From Acutalibacteraceae bacterium (GTDB lineage: Bacteria; Bacillota; Clostridia; Oscillospirales; Acutalibacteraceae): a DNA stretch of 64,000 bases. Shown here in pieces: positions 43,056-53,067 of this stretch. A model generated the notes under the pieces. The model saw only the letters and a list, made by a program, of their open reading frames with translations. It was not told where the DNA came from and did no database searches. A program made the position numbers and the translations under genes. How positions within the stretch are numbered: the stretch's first letter is position 1; each line of letters begins with the position of its first letter. The stretch covers positions 1,412 to 65,411 of the forward strand of contig JAZSEU010000030.1 in NCBI GenBank assembly GCA_045531855.1. Reading direction: 5' to 3'.

Positions 43056-43128
43056 CGAACCCCCGAAGTGGTATTAGCACTTACACGATTTCCAGTCGTG
43101 CGCCTTAGACCAGCTCAGCCATCTCTCC
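43037..43128 (-). tRNA. tRNA-Ser (anticodon GGA), CCA encoded
   Basis: Minus strand reads GGAGAGA...CACGA-CTGGAAA-TCGTG...long variable arm...GGGGGTTCGAATCCCCC-TCTCTCC-G-CCA. Confidence 0.9.
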
Positions 43129-43273
43129 GTAGCAAGCAATGATTATTATAATTCATAACAAATGAAAAATCAAGCATAATTTTAAATGAGATGAATTTTT
43201 TTTAAGTTTTCATTGCTTTAATCGGTATTTTATTATATAATTTAGAAAAGATTTCCTGAAAGGAGAGTTTTAT

Positions 43274-44104
43274 ATGAAGAAATTGCTTATAAATATCTTT
43301 AAAACGCTTTTCTTTTTTGACTTGGCGGTTATGTGTTTTCCTATTTTGCCAACCATCAAAACTGAAAACACCGCTCTTTTAAAGCTCTTCACTGAGGGAG
43401 TTCAGTTGATTTTTATTATCATTTTAACCTGGATTTTTATTAAATGGGTTGAAAAGAAAAGTATTAAGCTTCCCTCTAAAAAGAAAAAGGTTAAACAGGT
43501 TTTTAAAGGTCTGTTTTTCGGAATAGTTCTTCCTGTTATTGCGGTTGCTGTTATGGTTGCAACAAAGAGTATTGATTTTGTCGGTATAGAGAAAATCAAA
43601 TACCTTTATTTTTGGCTTCCTGCTCTTTTAATCAATGCCGTAGTGGCAGAGCTTTTATTAAGAGGCTATTTATTCCAGCTTTATAAAAGGGAATATGGCG
43701 TTATCGCCTCTTTTGTTATAACAACACTTCTTTATATCTCTCTTAACTCCCATATTCTTAAAATGGGCAGAATTTATATCTTCACTTTAATAGCACTTAA
43801 TCTTCTTTTGTGCTTATTGCTTGAATATTCAGGCTCATTAGTTGTTACTGTTTCGGCAAGATTTTTCTATTCATTGCTTAGCGTATTTTTGTTAGGCTCT
43901 GTTTCTTTTGCAGAAGGATATCCCGTTTTGCTTAAAACAAAGCTTTCGGGCAGTGCATATATAACGGGAGTACCTTACGGAATTGAGGGAAGTGTAACAC
44001 CGCTTGTTATTATCGGTGTGTTTACTGCTTTATGGGCTTGGAGAAAATATAAGCCTATAACTCTTATTAAAAATTTAACAAACAAAATAAGAAGAAATGC
44101 ATAG
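43274..44104 (+). CDS. CPBP-family (CAAX/Rce1-like) intramembrane protease
   Basis: Polytopic 276-aa protein with an AELLLRGYLF motif. Confidence 0.6.
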   Translation: MKKLLINIFKTLFFFDLAVMCFPILPTIKTENTALLKLFTEGVQLIFIIILTWIFIKWVEKKSIKLPSKKKKVKQVFKGLFFGIVLPVIAVAVMVATKSIDFVGIEKIKYLYFWLPALLINAVVAELLLRGYLFQLYKREYGVIASFVITTLLYISLNSHILKMGRIYIFTLIALNLLLCLLLEYSGSLVVTVSARFFYSLLSVFLLGSVSFAEGYPVLLKTKLSGSAYITGVPYGIEGSVTPLVIIGVFTALWAWRKYKPITLIKNLTNKIRRNA

Positions 44105-44130
44105 GGCGGAAAATCCGCCCTATATTTTTT
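44101..44130 (+). terminator. Rho-independent terminator
   Basis: atagggcgga pairs with tccgccctat, then TTTTTT. Overlaps the stop codon. Confidence 0.8.
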
Positions 44131-44159
44131 TACAAAAAGGTTACAGATGGTGTAAAAAG

Positions 44160-44189
44160 TTGACAATTAGGGCTTAAATTTGGTATAAT
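44160..44189 (+). promoter_or_regulatory. Sigma-A promoter of the yicC-remA-gmk cluster
   Basis: TTGACA (44160-44165), 18 nt including TGg, TATAAT (44184-44189). Confidence 0.65.
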
Positions 44190-44249
44190 GATATGACTAT
44201 TATGGAGTAGTATTATCGGGCGGAAGCCCTTAATGGAAGTGGATAAAAA

Positions 44250-45128
44250 ATGATAAAAAGTATGACCGGTTTTGGCAGAGCCTCAGGGGCAAATAACGGC
44301 TTTGAGGTTACGGTTGAGTTAAGGTCGGTAAACCATAGATATTTTGAGTTTACCTCCCGTATGCCGAGAAGTTTTCAGTTTGCTGAGGAAAAGCTCAAGG
44401 CTCTTTGTCAGCAGAGCATTTCAAGGGGCAAGGTTGAGGCTTCGGTTTTTATTGAGGATACCAATGAAAACTCAACCGAAATTGAAATCAACCGTCAATA
44501 TGCCGATGCTTATATAAAGGCTTTAAAAACTCTTTCAAAGGAATATAAGCTTAAGAATGATGTTAAAGCTTCTTCTTTTATCGGAAACAGCGATGTTTTT
44601 AAGCTTCGCCGTAAGGAAGTTGATGAGAAGCAGGTTTTAGAGGCGGTTTTACCCGTTGCAGAAGAGGCAATAAATAGCTTTATTGCTATGCGTGAAACCG
44701 AGGGTGAAAGGCTGAAGGCTGATATTTCCTCAAGAGCTGAAGCAATACTTTCAAAGGTGGCTATTATCGAGGAGCGTTCCCCCGAGACCGTTAAAGCATA
44801 CAGAGAAAGACTTGAAAACAAAATTAAGGAGCTTCTTGATGACGCTAAGGTTGATGAGCAACGCCTAATAACCGAAACTGCAATTTTTGCAGATAAGGTT
44901 GCGGTTGATGAGGAAACCGTAAGGCTCAGAAGTCATATAAAACAGCTTTTCTCTTTGCTTGAGGAAAACGGTCCTGTTGGAAAGAAACTTGATTTTATTG
45001 TTCAGGAAATGAACAGGGAAACCAATACAATAGGCTCTAAATGTCAGGATGTTGATATAGCCCATATAGTTGTTGATATAAAATCTGAAATAGAGAAAAT
45101 CAGAGAACAAGTTCAGAATATTGAATAG
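44250..45128 (+). CDS. yicC: YicC/YloC family stress-induced protein
   Basis: [12 protein letters not shown]-terminus and conserved C-terminal [12 protein letters not shown]. Confidence 0.9.
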   Translation: MIKSMTGFGRASGANNGFEVTVELRSVNHRYFEFTSRMPRSFQFAEEKLKALCQQSISRGKVEASVFIEDTNENSTEIEINRQYADAYIKALKTLSKEYKLKNDVKASSFIGNSDVFKLRRKEVDEKQVLEAVLPVAEEAINSFIAMRETEGERLKADISSRAEAILSKVAIIEERSPETVKAYRERLENKIKELLDDAKVDEQRLITETAIFADKVAVDEETVRLRSHIKQLFSLLEENGPVGKKLDFIVQEMNRETNTIGSKCQDVDIAHIVVDIKSEIEKIREQVQNIE

Positions 45129-45139
45129 AGGCAAGAATT

Positions 45140-45409
45140 ATGAAATTGGTAAACATTGGTTTTGGTAATATGGTTTCGGCAAACCGAATGATTGCAATAG
45201 TAAGCCCCGAATCGGCTCCTATTAAGCGAATAATTCAGGATTCAAGGGAACGGGGAACACTTATCGACGCTACCCACGGTAGAAGAACACGTGCGGTTAT
45301 CATTATGGACAGCGACCATATTATTCTGACTTATCTTCAGGCTGAAACTCTGGCAAACAGAATTGCCGAGGAAGAGGAGCTTGAAGAAGAGGAGGATGAG
45401 GATGAATAA
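45140..45409 (+). CDS. remA: RemA (DUF370) biofilm/extracellular-matrix regulator
   Basis: [31 protein letters not shown]...[14 protein letters not shown] closely matches B. subtilis RemA. Confidence 0.9.
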   Translation: MKLVNIGFGNMVSANRMIAIVSPESAPIKRIIQDSRERGTLIDATHGRRTRAVIIMDSDHIILTYLQAETLANRIAEEEELEEEEDEDE

Positions 45410-46010
45410 GGGTTCGGTTTTTATAATCTCAGGTCCTTCGGGCTCAGGAAAGGATACTATTTTAGTAAAACTTTTCAATAAATGCCCTGAGCTTAAATTC
45501 TCCATCTCCTCTATAACAAGGGATATGCGAGTGGGTGAAACAGAGGGCGAAAAGTATAATTTTATCTCCCGCGAAGAGTTCGAAAAAATGATTGAAGAAG
45601 ATATGCTTCTTGAATATAACTGCTATGTTGGTAACTATTACGGAACTCCGAAAGCACCTGTTATCAAGGCGACCGAAGAGGGCTATGATATAGTTATAGA
45701 GGTTGATGTTAACGGTGCGGCAAACATCAGGAAAAAGCTTCCCGATGCTATAAGCATTTTCATTATGCCGCCGTCTTTCAGCGAGCTTGAAAGAAGACTA
45801 ACAGGCCGTGGCACAGATACAAAAGAGGTTATCGCTAAGAGAATGGCAAGTTCTCTCGGCGAAATCAAGAGAGCTGTAGAATATGATTATATCGTTGTTA
45901 ATGATGATATAGATACTGCTGTTGATGATATAATTTCCATTATCAATGCGAGTGGCTTAACGCTTGAAAAACAAAGCCAAATACTTAAAGAGGTGTTAGA
46001 AAAATGTTAA
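45402..46010 (+). CDS. gmk: Guanylate kinase
   Basis: Start [19 protein letters not shown] (P-loop) at ATG 45402, overlapping the remA stop. Confidence 0.92.
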   Translation: MNKGSVFIISGPSGSGKDTILVKLFNKCPELKFSISSITRDMRVGETEGEKYNFISREEFEKMIEEDMLLEYNCYVGNYYGTPKAPVIKATEEGYDIVIEVDVNGAANIRKKLPDAISIFIMPPSFSELERRLTGRGTDTKEVIAKRMASSLGEIKRAVEYDYIVVNDDIDTAVDDIISIINASGLTLEKQSQILKEVLEKC

Positions 46011-46177
46011 ATCCTAATATTGGAAAACTTATTAAGAGTAGAGAGAACAGGTATCGTCTTGTTATAGATGTTGCCCATACTGCACGCGAAATTTCAAAGA
46101 AAACCGAAGAAAGCGGCGAGATTACGGTTGAAAAGCCGGTTAGTGTTGCTATTGATAAATTAGCTTCCGAAATCTAA
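46004..46177 (+). CDS. rpoZ: RNA polymerase omega subunit
   Basis: 57-aa ORF, below the track cutoff, with ENRYRLVIDVAHTAREI. Conserved position after gmk. Confidence 0.7.
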   Translation: MLNPNIGKLIKSRENRYRLVIDVAHTAREISKKTEESGEITVEKPVSVAIDKLASEI

Positions 46178-46210
46178 AAAAGATTATTTCTTTAAAAGGG
46201 GGAATGGGAT

Positions 46211-48631
46211 ATGTCGGGGCTTGTTGCACTAATCGCACTAAAAGACGCAACCTTAGCGTTTGATAAGCTCTATACCTATGCCGTTCCGCCTGAGCTTCAC
46301 ACCAAGGCAGAGGCAGGAAAAAGGGTTTTGGTTCCCTTTGGAAATGGCAACATAAAAAAACAGGGTATAATTTTCTCCTTAAAGCAAGCAGAGCTTAAAA
46401 ATCTTAAGAAAATACTTGCTGTAACCGATGAAAATGCTGTTTTGAACGAGGAATTGCTTTCTCTTTGCGAATATATGAAGGAAAGCCTTTTTTGCACGTA
46501 TTATGATGCTGTGAGTTCTATGCTTCCGCCGGGATTAGGGTTAAAGCTTATAAACTTTTATTCTGCTAATTCCGAGTTTTCAGCAATCTCACTTTTGACA
46601 GATAGCGAAAAAGAGGTTTATGAATATCTCTTGAAAACGGGAGAAAAGGAAGAGGATAAGCTAATAAGCGACCTTGGTATTGAAAAGCAGGTAATTGAAA
46701 GCCTTGTTCTCAAGGAAGCGGTTATTAAAAGCTTTGATACAAAAAGAAAAATCGGAGATGCAACTTCGAAATGGGTCAAGTTATGCGAGGATGATATATC
46801 CTCTGTTAAGCTTACTCCAAGGCAGACTGAGGTTGTATCCTTGCTAAAGGGCATAGGCTCTGCCTCAGTTAAAGAGATTTGCTATTTCACGGGGGTTACT
46901 GCATCTGTTATAGAAACTCTTGTTAAAAAAGGAGTTCTGAGTGCTTTTGAAAAGCAGATTTTCAGAACACCCATAAGAGCAAAGCTTTCCTCAAAATCTG
47001 AGAAGATTACCTTAACCTCTGAGCAAAAAGAGGCTTTTGAGGGACTTCTCAAAGATTATAAAGAGGAAAGCGGGAAGACTTCCTTGCTTTACGGAATAAC
47101 AGGCTCGGGCAAAACTCAGGTGTTTTTAAGTCTTGCCGATGAGGTTATAGCAGAGGGCAGAGGGGTTATCGTTATGGTGCCCGAAATTTCGCTCACTCCT
47201 CAGCTTATTTCCATTTTCACCGCCCGTTACGGCGATAAGATTGCCGTTTTCCATAGTGCGATGTCTATGGGGCAGAGAATGGACGAATGGAAGCGTATTA
47301 AAGAGGGTAAGGCACTTATTGCAATTGGTACGAGAACTGCAGTTTTTGCACCCTTCAGCGATTTAGGACTTATCATTATAGATGAAGAGCAGGAGCATAC
47401 CTATAAATCGGAGAAATCTCCCCGTTTTGTTACGAGGGATGTAGCTCGTTTCAGGGTTATGAAGCATAAGGGACTTTTGTGTTTGGCTTCCGCAACCCCA
47501 TCCCTTGAAAGCTATACTGCCGCCAAAAAGGGTAAATATTCCCTTTATAAGCTTACCTCCCGTTACGGAAATGCCGTTTTGCCCGAGGTTATAACGGTTG
47601 ATATGAGGGAAGAGCTTAAGAACGGAAACAGCGGTGTTTTAAGTAGCACTCTTTATGAAGCAATCAATGAGGCTTTGAGTGAAAAAAAGCAAGCAATAAT
47701 TCTGCTCAACCGCAGAGGGCATAATACTTATATATCCTGTCCATCTTGCGGATATATTGCCGCTTGTCCCAACTGCAGTGTAAGCCTTACTTACCATTCT
47801 GCGAATGACCGACTTATGTGTCATTACTGCGGTTATTCTGAGAAAGCGGATAAGAAATGCCCTGAATGCGAAAATGAGCATATGAAATTTATGGGTCTTG
47901 GCACTCAAAAAGCTGAAGAGGAATTGAAACTTCTTTTCCCAAATGCAAGGGTTTTAAGACTTGATGCCGATAGCACCGTTTCGAGAGATTCTTATGCTAC
48001 CTATCTTGAAGCTTTTTCTAAGGGAGAATATGATATTTTACTTGGAACTCAGATGGTTGCAAAGGGACTCGATTTCCCGAATGTTACGGTAGTTGGTGTC
48101 TTGGGAGCGGATAAGGCAAGCTATAGCGAAGATTTCCGCAGTTTTGAGAGAACATTTTCTTTGCTGACTCAGGTTATCGGCAGAGCGGGAAGAGGAGAAA
48201 ACCCCGGCAAAGCCATTGTTCAGACAATGAACCCCGAAAGCAATCTTCTTGAAATGGCAGAAAAACAAGACTTTGATGCCTTTTATGAGGAAGAAATACT
48301 AACCAGAAAGCTTATGATTTATCCGCCTTATTGCGATATTTGTGTTGTTAGCGTTCAGTCGCTTGATAGAGGTATCGCCGAAAAAACCATAAATGAGGTT
48401 TTCGGAAAAATAAAAACACTTATTGAAAGTGAATATTCTGCCGTTAAGGTTATAATTTTAGGACCTGCAGCGGCTTCGATACCGAGGGTTAACAATCGAT
48501 ATAGGTATCGGATGATAATTAAATGTAAAAATAATGCCGAATTCAGAAAAATGCTCGGCGAGGCAACAAAAATTAAGACTATGAATGATGCAACGGTTTG
48601 GGTTGATATGAACCCTGAGACCATTATATAG
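46211..48631 (+). CDS. priA: Primosomal protein N' (replication restart helicase)
   Basis: 806 aa. Walker A GITGSGKT, DEEQ box, Cys-rich zinc region CPSCG...CPNC...CHYCG...CPEC. Confidence 0.93.
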   Translation: MSGLVALIALKDATLAFDKLYTYAVPPELHTKAEAGKRVLVPFGNGNIKKQGIIFSLKQAELKNLKKILAVTDENAVLNEELLSLCEYMKESLFCTYYDAVSSMLPPGLGLKLINFYSANSEFSAISLLTDSEKEVYEYLLKTGEKEEDKLISDLGIEKQVIESLVLKEAVIKSFDTKRKIGDATSKWVKLCEDDISSVKLTPRQTEVVSLLKGIGSASVKEICYFTGVTASVIETLVKKGVLSAFEKQIFRTPIRAKLSSKSEKITLTSEQKEAFEGLLKDYKEESGKTSLLYGITGSGKTQVFLSLADEVIAEGRGVIVMVPEISLTPQLISIFTARYGDKIAVFHSAMSMGQRMDEWKRIKEGKALIAIGTRTAVFAPFSDLGLIIIDEEQEHTYKSEKSPRFVTRDVARFRVMKHKGLLCLASATPSLESYTAAKKGKYSLYKLTSRYGNAVLPEVITVDMREELKNGNSGVLSSTLYEAINEALSEKKQAIILLNRRGHNTYISCPSCGYIAACPNCSVSLTYHSANDRLMCHYCGYSEKADKKCPECENEHMKFMGLGTQKAEEELKLLFPNARVLRLDADSTVSRDSYATYLEAFSKGEYDILLGTQMVAKGLDFPNVTVVGVLGADKASYSEDFRSFERTFSLLTQVIGRAGRGENPGKAIVQTMNPESNLLEMAEKQDFDAFYEEEILTRKLMIYPPYCDICVVSVQSLDRGIAEKTINEVFGKIKTLIESEYSAVKVIILGPAAASIPRVNNRYRYRMIIKCKNNAEFRKMLGEATKIKTMNDATVWVDMNPETII

Positions 48632-48639
48632 GAGGAAAT

Positions 48640-49083
48640 ATGGCTATAAGAAATATAGTTAAGGTTGGGGATGACGTGCTCAGAAAGGTTTGCCGCACAC
48701 AGCTTACCTTTGATGAGCGTTTAGCCCAGATTTTAGACGATATGGCCGATACAATGTATAACGCTGAGGGTGTTGGACTTGCCGCTCCCCAGATTGGAAT
48801 ACTCAGAAGATTTTGTATTGTTGATACGGGGGATGGACTTATAGAACTCATTAACCCCGTTATAACCGAAAGAAGCGGTTGTCAGATAGGGGCTGAGGGT
48901 TGTCTTTCTGTGCCTAACAGAAGTGAAGAGGTTAAAAGGCCCATGAAGGTTACTGTTCGTGCTCAGGATAGAAATGGCAACAACATTGTGGTAACAGGGG
49001 AGGGCTTAAAAGCTCGTGCTTTCTGCCACGAAATCGACCATCTTGACGGAATACTTTATATAGACAGAGCTGGTAAAAAATGA
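48640..49083 (+). CDS. def: Peptide deformylase
   Basis: GVGLAAPQIG, EGCLS and HEIDHL motifs. Confidence 0.95.
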   Translation: MAIRNIVKVGDDVLRKVCRTQLTFDERLAQILDDMADTMYNAEGVGLAAPQIGILRRFCIVDTGDGLIELINPVITERSGCQIGAEGCLSVPNRSEEVKRPMKVTVRAQDRNGNNIVVTGEGLKARAFCHEIDHLDGILYIDRAGKK

Positions 49084-50015
49084 AAATAGTTTTTATGGGA
49101 ACTCCCGATTATGCGGTGAGCACTCTTGAAAGGTTAATAGAAGAAGGGCATGAGATTGCCGCTGTTTTCGCTCAGCCCGATAAAAAGGTTGGCAGAAAGC
49201 AGATTTTAACCCCGCCGCCTGTAAAGGTTTGTGCTTTAGAGCATTCAATTCCCGTTTTTCAGCCTGAAACCTTAAGGGATGGTAAGGCTGAGGAAATTTT
49301 AAGAGAAATTAACCCTGATATAATTGTTGTTGTGGCTTACGGTAAGATTTTGCCCAAAGAAATTTTATCCTTGCCAAAAATGGGCTGTGTTAACGGCCAC
49401 GCCTCACTTCTTCCGAAATATAGAGGTGCTTCACCTATTCAGTGGTGTATCGTTTGCGGTGAAGAGGAAACCGGAGTTTCAACTATGCTTATGGATGAGG
49501 GTATGGATACAGGCGATATCCTTGAGCAGACTGTTGTTAAAATAGGCGAGAATGAAACGGCCGAAGAGCTTTTTGACAGACTCTCTGCCATCAGTGCCGA
49601 TTTAATGGCTTCAACTATTGATAAATTAGAAAAGGGAGAAATTGCTCCCAAAAAGCAACCTGAGGGTGTTACCTATGCTCCGATTATAAATAAGGAAATG
49701 GCACACTTGGATTTTAGCAAAACAGCAAAAGAGGTTCATAACGCAATAAGAGGCTATTATTCCTGGCCTTGTGCTTTCTTCTTTTTAAAGGGTAAGCGGG
49801 TTAAGGTGATTTCTGCTGAAATGGGTATTGAAACCAACAAAAAAGCAGGCACTGTTATCACCGAAAATCAAGAGATGTTTATTGCCTGCGGTGACATGAA
49901 AACAGTTAAGCTTAATGTTATTCAGCCCGAGGGCTCAAAGGCTATGACAGCTAAACAGTTCCTTTGCGGAAATTCTGCCGTTTCAGGTATTGTTATCGGT
50001 GAAGAAAATGGCTAA
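49080..50015 (+). CDS. fmt: Methionyl-tRNA formyltransferase
   Basis: MKIVFMGTPDYAV, HASLLPKYRGASPIQ. Confidence 0.95.
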   Translation: MKIVFMGTPDYAVSTLERLIEEGHEIAAVFAQPDKKVGRKQILTPPPVKVCALEHSIPVFQPETLRDGKAEEILREINPDIIVVVAYGKILPKEILSLPKMGCVNGHASLLPKYRGASPIQWCIVCGEEETGVSTMLMDEGMDTGDILEQTVVKIGENETAEELFDRLSAISADLMASTIDKLEKGEIAPKKQPEGVTYAPIINKEMAHLDFSKTAKEVHNAIRGYYSWPCAFFFLKGKRVKVISAEMGIETNKKAGTVITENQEMFIACGDMKTVKLNVIQPEGSKAMTAKQFLCGNSAVSGIVIGEENG

Positions 50016-51279
50016 CCCGAGAAAAATTGCGGTAAAGACACTTGTTAAGATTGAAAAGGATAATGCCTATTCAAACATAACCCTTTCCTCTGTTTTAAAG
50101 GAATATGATTTAAAAAATGAGGATAAAGCATTTGTTTCTGCTTTGGTTTATGGTGTTTTAGACCGTAAAATCACTTTAGATTATGTTCTCTCTTCATTTA
50201 TGAAAACACCTCTTAGAAAGACCGCACCTTTTACCCTTAATGTTTTAAGAACGGCACTTTATCAGATAATGTTTATGGATAAAATCCCTGAAAGTGCGGC
50301 GGTTAATGAGGCAGTAAAGTTAATTAAGGGTTCAAGAGAGAACAGAAATTCGGGATTTGTTAATGCGGTGCTGAGAAGTGTTCTCAGAAGTGAAGAGCTA
50401 TTGCCCGAGGGGGATAGTATAGAGGATTTAAGCATCAGATATTCCGCTCCTTTTTGGATTACAGAAAGTTTTGTTAAGGATTACGGAAAAGAAAATGCTA
50501 AGTCTTTATTAAGTGAAAGTCTTAAAACTCCGCCACTAACTATTAAGGTTAATACGGTTAAAACCGATATGAATTCCCTTAAAGAAAAGCTTTTTGAAGA
50601 TGGTATTTCTACTAAAGAAATCGAAGGCTTCGATGCTTTGATTATAGAAAAGGGAATGGATATAAAATCAAGCCCTCTTTATAATAACGGTTTATTCTAT
50701 GCTCAGGATTTAGCCTCACAAACGGCTATAAAGAGTATGGGGCTTTCAGGCGGAGAGAGGGTACTTGATATGTGTGCCTCTCCGGGTGGAAAAAGCTTTA
50801 CCATGGCTCAGCTTATGGGTAATAAGGGTGAAATTATAGCCTGCGACCTTTATGAGCATAGGGTTAAGCTTATAGCAGACGGGGCTGACAGATTAGGCCT
50901 TGATATAATAAAAACTACAGTTCAGGATGCAACTGAATATAATAAAGATTTAGGTGAGTTTGACTTTGTTTTATGCGATGTCCCCTGTTCGGGACTCGGG
51001 GTGTTAAGACGAAAGCCTGAGATAAAATACAAGCAAACAGAAGATTTTAACGGTCTTCAGCAAATTCAGTATTCAATACTTAAAAATGCAATAAAATATT
51101 TAAAAAAAGGCGGCAAAATTCTTTATTCAACCTGCACCTTAAGAAGAGATGAAAACGAAAATATTGTAAATTGCTTTTTAAAGGAGTATAATGGGTTTAA
51201 GAAAACAGAAGAGAAAACCCTTATGCCGCATATAGACGGGACGGACGGATTTTATTTCGTACTGCTTGAAAAGCTTTAA
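50008..51279 (+). CDS. rsmB: 16S rRNA m5C967 methyltransferase
   Basis: NusB-like N-terminus, SAM motif DMCASPGGKS, catalytic DVPCSG and YSTCT. Confidence 0.9.
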   Translation: MANPRKIAVKTLVKIEKDNAYSNITLSSVLKEYDLKNEDKAFVSALVYGVLDRKITLDYVLSSFMKTPLRKTAPFTLNVLRTALYQIMFMDKIPESAAVNEAVKLIKGSRENRNSGFVNAVLRSVLRSEELLPEGDSIEDLSIRYSAPFWITESFVKDYGKENAKSLLSESLKTPPLTIKVNTVKTDMNSLKEKLFEDGISTKEIEGFDALIIEKGMDIKSSPLYNNGLFYAQDLASQTAIKSMGLSGGERVLDMCASPGGKSFTMAQLMGNKGEIIACDLYEHRVKLIADGADRLGLDIIKTTVQDATEYNKDLGEFDFVLCDVPCSGLGVLRRKPEIKYKQTEDFNGLQQIQYSILKNAIKYLKKGGKILYSTCTLRRDENENIVNCFLKEYNGFKKTEEKTLMPHIDGTDGFYFVLLEKL

Positions 51280-51296
51280 AAAGGGGGAAGGCTCTT

Positions 51297-52346
51297 TTGA
51301 ATAAAACAGATATAAAGTCAATGACCGAAAAAGAGCTTTCCGAAATGTTAGAAGCTTTAGGTCAGCCAAAATTCAGAGCATCGCAGATTTTCAAATGGCT
51401 TCAGACAGGAGCTGTCAGCTTTGATGAGATGACTAATATTCCAAATTCTTTAAGAGAAATACTTAAAGAAAAATGCTATATTGCTGATGTTCAAATAGTT
51501 AAAAAGTTCGTATCAAAAATAGATTCGACCGTTAAATATCTTTATAAGCTATATGATGGGGAATATATCGAATCGGTGCTTATGAAGTATGAGCATGGGT
51601 ATACGGTTTGTATTTCAACCCAGGTAGGTTGCAGAATGGGATGCAGCTTCTGTGCTTCAGGTATTAACGGACTGACGAGAAATCTAACGGCTTCCGAAAT
51701 GCTTTCTCAGATAATGGCAGCAGAAAGAGATAACGGTATCAGAGTTTCCAACGTTGTTATGATGGGAATGGGCGAGCCGCTTGATAATTTTGATAATTCG
51801 GTAAGGTTTTTAGAGCTTATCTCTTGCGATAAGGGAATGAATATAGGGCTTCGCCATATATCCCTTTCAACCTCGGGAGTGGTAAGCGGAATTGAAAAGC
51901 TAAAGGAATATAATTTCCCTATAACCCTTTCAATCTCTCTTCACGCACCGAATGATGAAATCAGAAGCTCTATGATGAGGGTTAATAAAAAATGGAATGT
52001 TGATGCCCTGCTTAAAGCTTGCAAGGAATATCAGAAGAAAACAACAAGAAGAATTTCCTTTGAATATGCACTGATTGAGGGAGTTAACGATTCCAAACAA
52101 TGTGCTGAAGAATTAGCAAGGAAGCTAAAGGGTATTATGTGCCACGTGAATTTAATACCCGCAAATCCCGTTAAGGAAAATTCCTTTAAAAAGCCCGATA
52201 AAAATAAAATATTCAAGTTCCAACAGGAGTTAGTAAAACTTGGAATAAATGCAACTGTAAGAAGAACGCTTGGAGCCGATATTGAAGCCTCTTGCGGACA
52301 GTTGAGACAGCGAGTAAAGGAGGGGATAGAAAGTGATAATTCATAG
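51297..52346 (+). CDS. rlmN: 23S rRNA/tRNA A2503 C2-methyltransferase (radical SAM)
   Basis: CRMGCSFCASG radical-SAM cluster motif, GMGEPL. The exact start is uncertain (TTG 51297 or ATG 51321). Confidence 0.9.
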   Translation: MNKTDIKSMTEKELSEMLEALGQPKFRASQIFKWLQTGAVSFDEMTNIPNSLREILKEKCYIADVQIVKKFVSKIDSTVKYLYKLYDGEYIESVLMKYEHGYTVCISTQVGCRMGCSFCASGINGLTRNLTASEMLSQIMAAERDNGIRVSNVVMMGMGEPLDNFDNSVRFLELISCDKGMNIGLRHISLSTSGVVSGIEKLKEYNFPITLSISLHAPNDEIRSSMMRVNKKWNVDALLKACKEYQKKTTRRISFEYALIEGVNDSKQCAEELARKLKGIMCHVNLIPANPVKENSFKKPDKNKIFKFQQELVKLGINATVRRTLGADIEASCGQLRQRVKEGIESDNS

Positions 52347-53064
52347 TAGGTCGGATATAGGCAAGGTTCGAACCTCTAATCAGGATGCCTATTTTGCCGC
52401 AGAACTGAGCTCCGGCACAGTTTTTGCCATTGTTTGTGATGGTATGGGCGGAGCTAATGCCGGTAATGTTGCGAGTGAAACGGCGGTTAAGGCAATATCC
52501 GAGTATGTTCTTCATTCCTATAGATTTGATATGGATAGCTTTGAAATTGCAAAAATGCTCAAAAATGCAATAGTGAGTGCGAATATCGAGATTTATGAAA
52601 TGTCGCTTAAAAATCCTGATTTAAAGGGTATGGGAACAACGGTGGTTGCCGTTCTGGTAAAAGACGACAAGGCGGTTGTTATAAATGCAGGTGATAGCCG
52701 AGCATACCATATCGGCGAAGAAATTACCCAGATAACTAAAGACCATTCGGTTGTTCAGTCGCTTATTGAAAGCGGAAAGATAACAAGTGAGGACGCAAAG
52801 GTCCACCCGAGAAAAAATGTTATAACCAGAGCATTGGGTGCCGAGGAAAACATTATAGTTGATAGTTATGAGGTAAAGCTCGCTAAGAACAGTAAGTTTT
52901 TACTCTGCACAGACGGTCTTAGCAGTTTTGCTGAGGAACAAGAAATTTTTGATATTTTTAAAACCGCTGAAAAAGATGACGTAACCGAAGAACTTATTGC
53001 CCTTGCTAACGAAAATGGCGGCGGAGATAATATAACGGTTGTAACTTTAGCGATGGAGGAATAA
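52333..53064 (+). CDS. prpC: PP2C-family Ser/Thr phosphatase
   Basis: NQDAY...VCDGMGG...GDSR...TDG...GGGDNITV motifs. Confidence 0.9.
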   Translation: MIIHSRSDIGKVRTSNQDAYFAAELSSGTVFAIVCDGMGGANAGNVASETAVKAISEYVLHSYRFDMDSFEIAKMLKNAIVSANIEIYEMSLKNPDLKGMGTTVVAVLVKDDKAVVINAGDSRAYHIGEEITQITKDHSVVQSLIESGKITSEDAKVHPRKNVITRALGAEENIIVDSYEVKLAKNSKFLLCTDGLSSFAEEQEIFDIFKTAEKDDVTEELIALANENGGGDNITVVTLAMEE

Positions 53065-53067
53065 ATT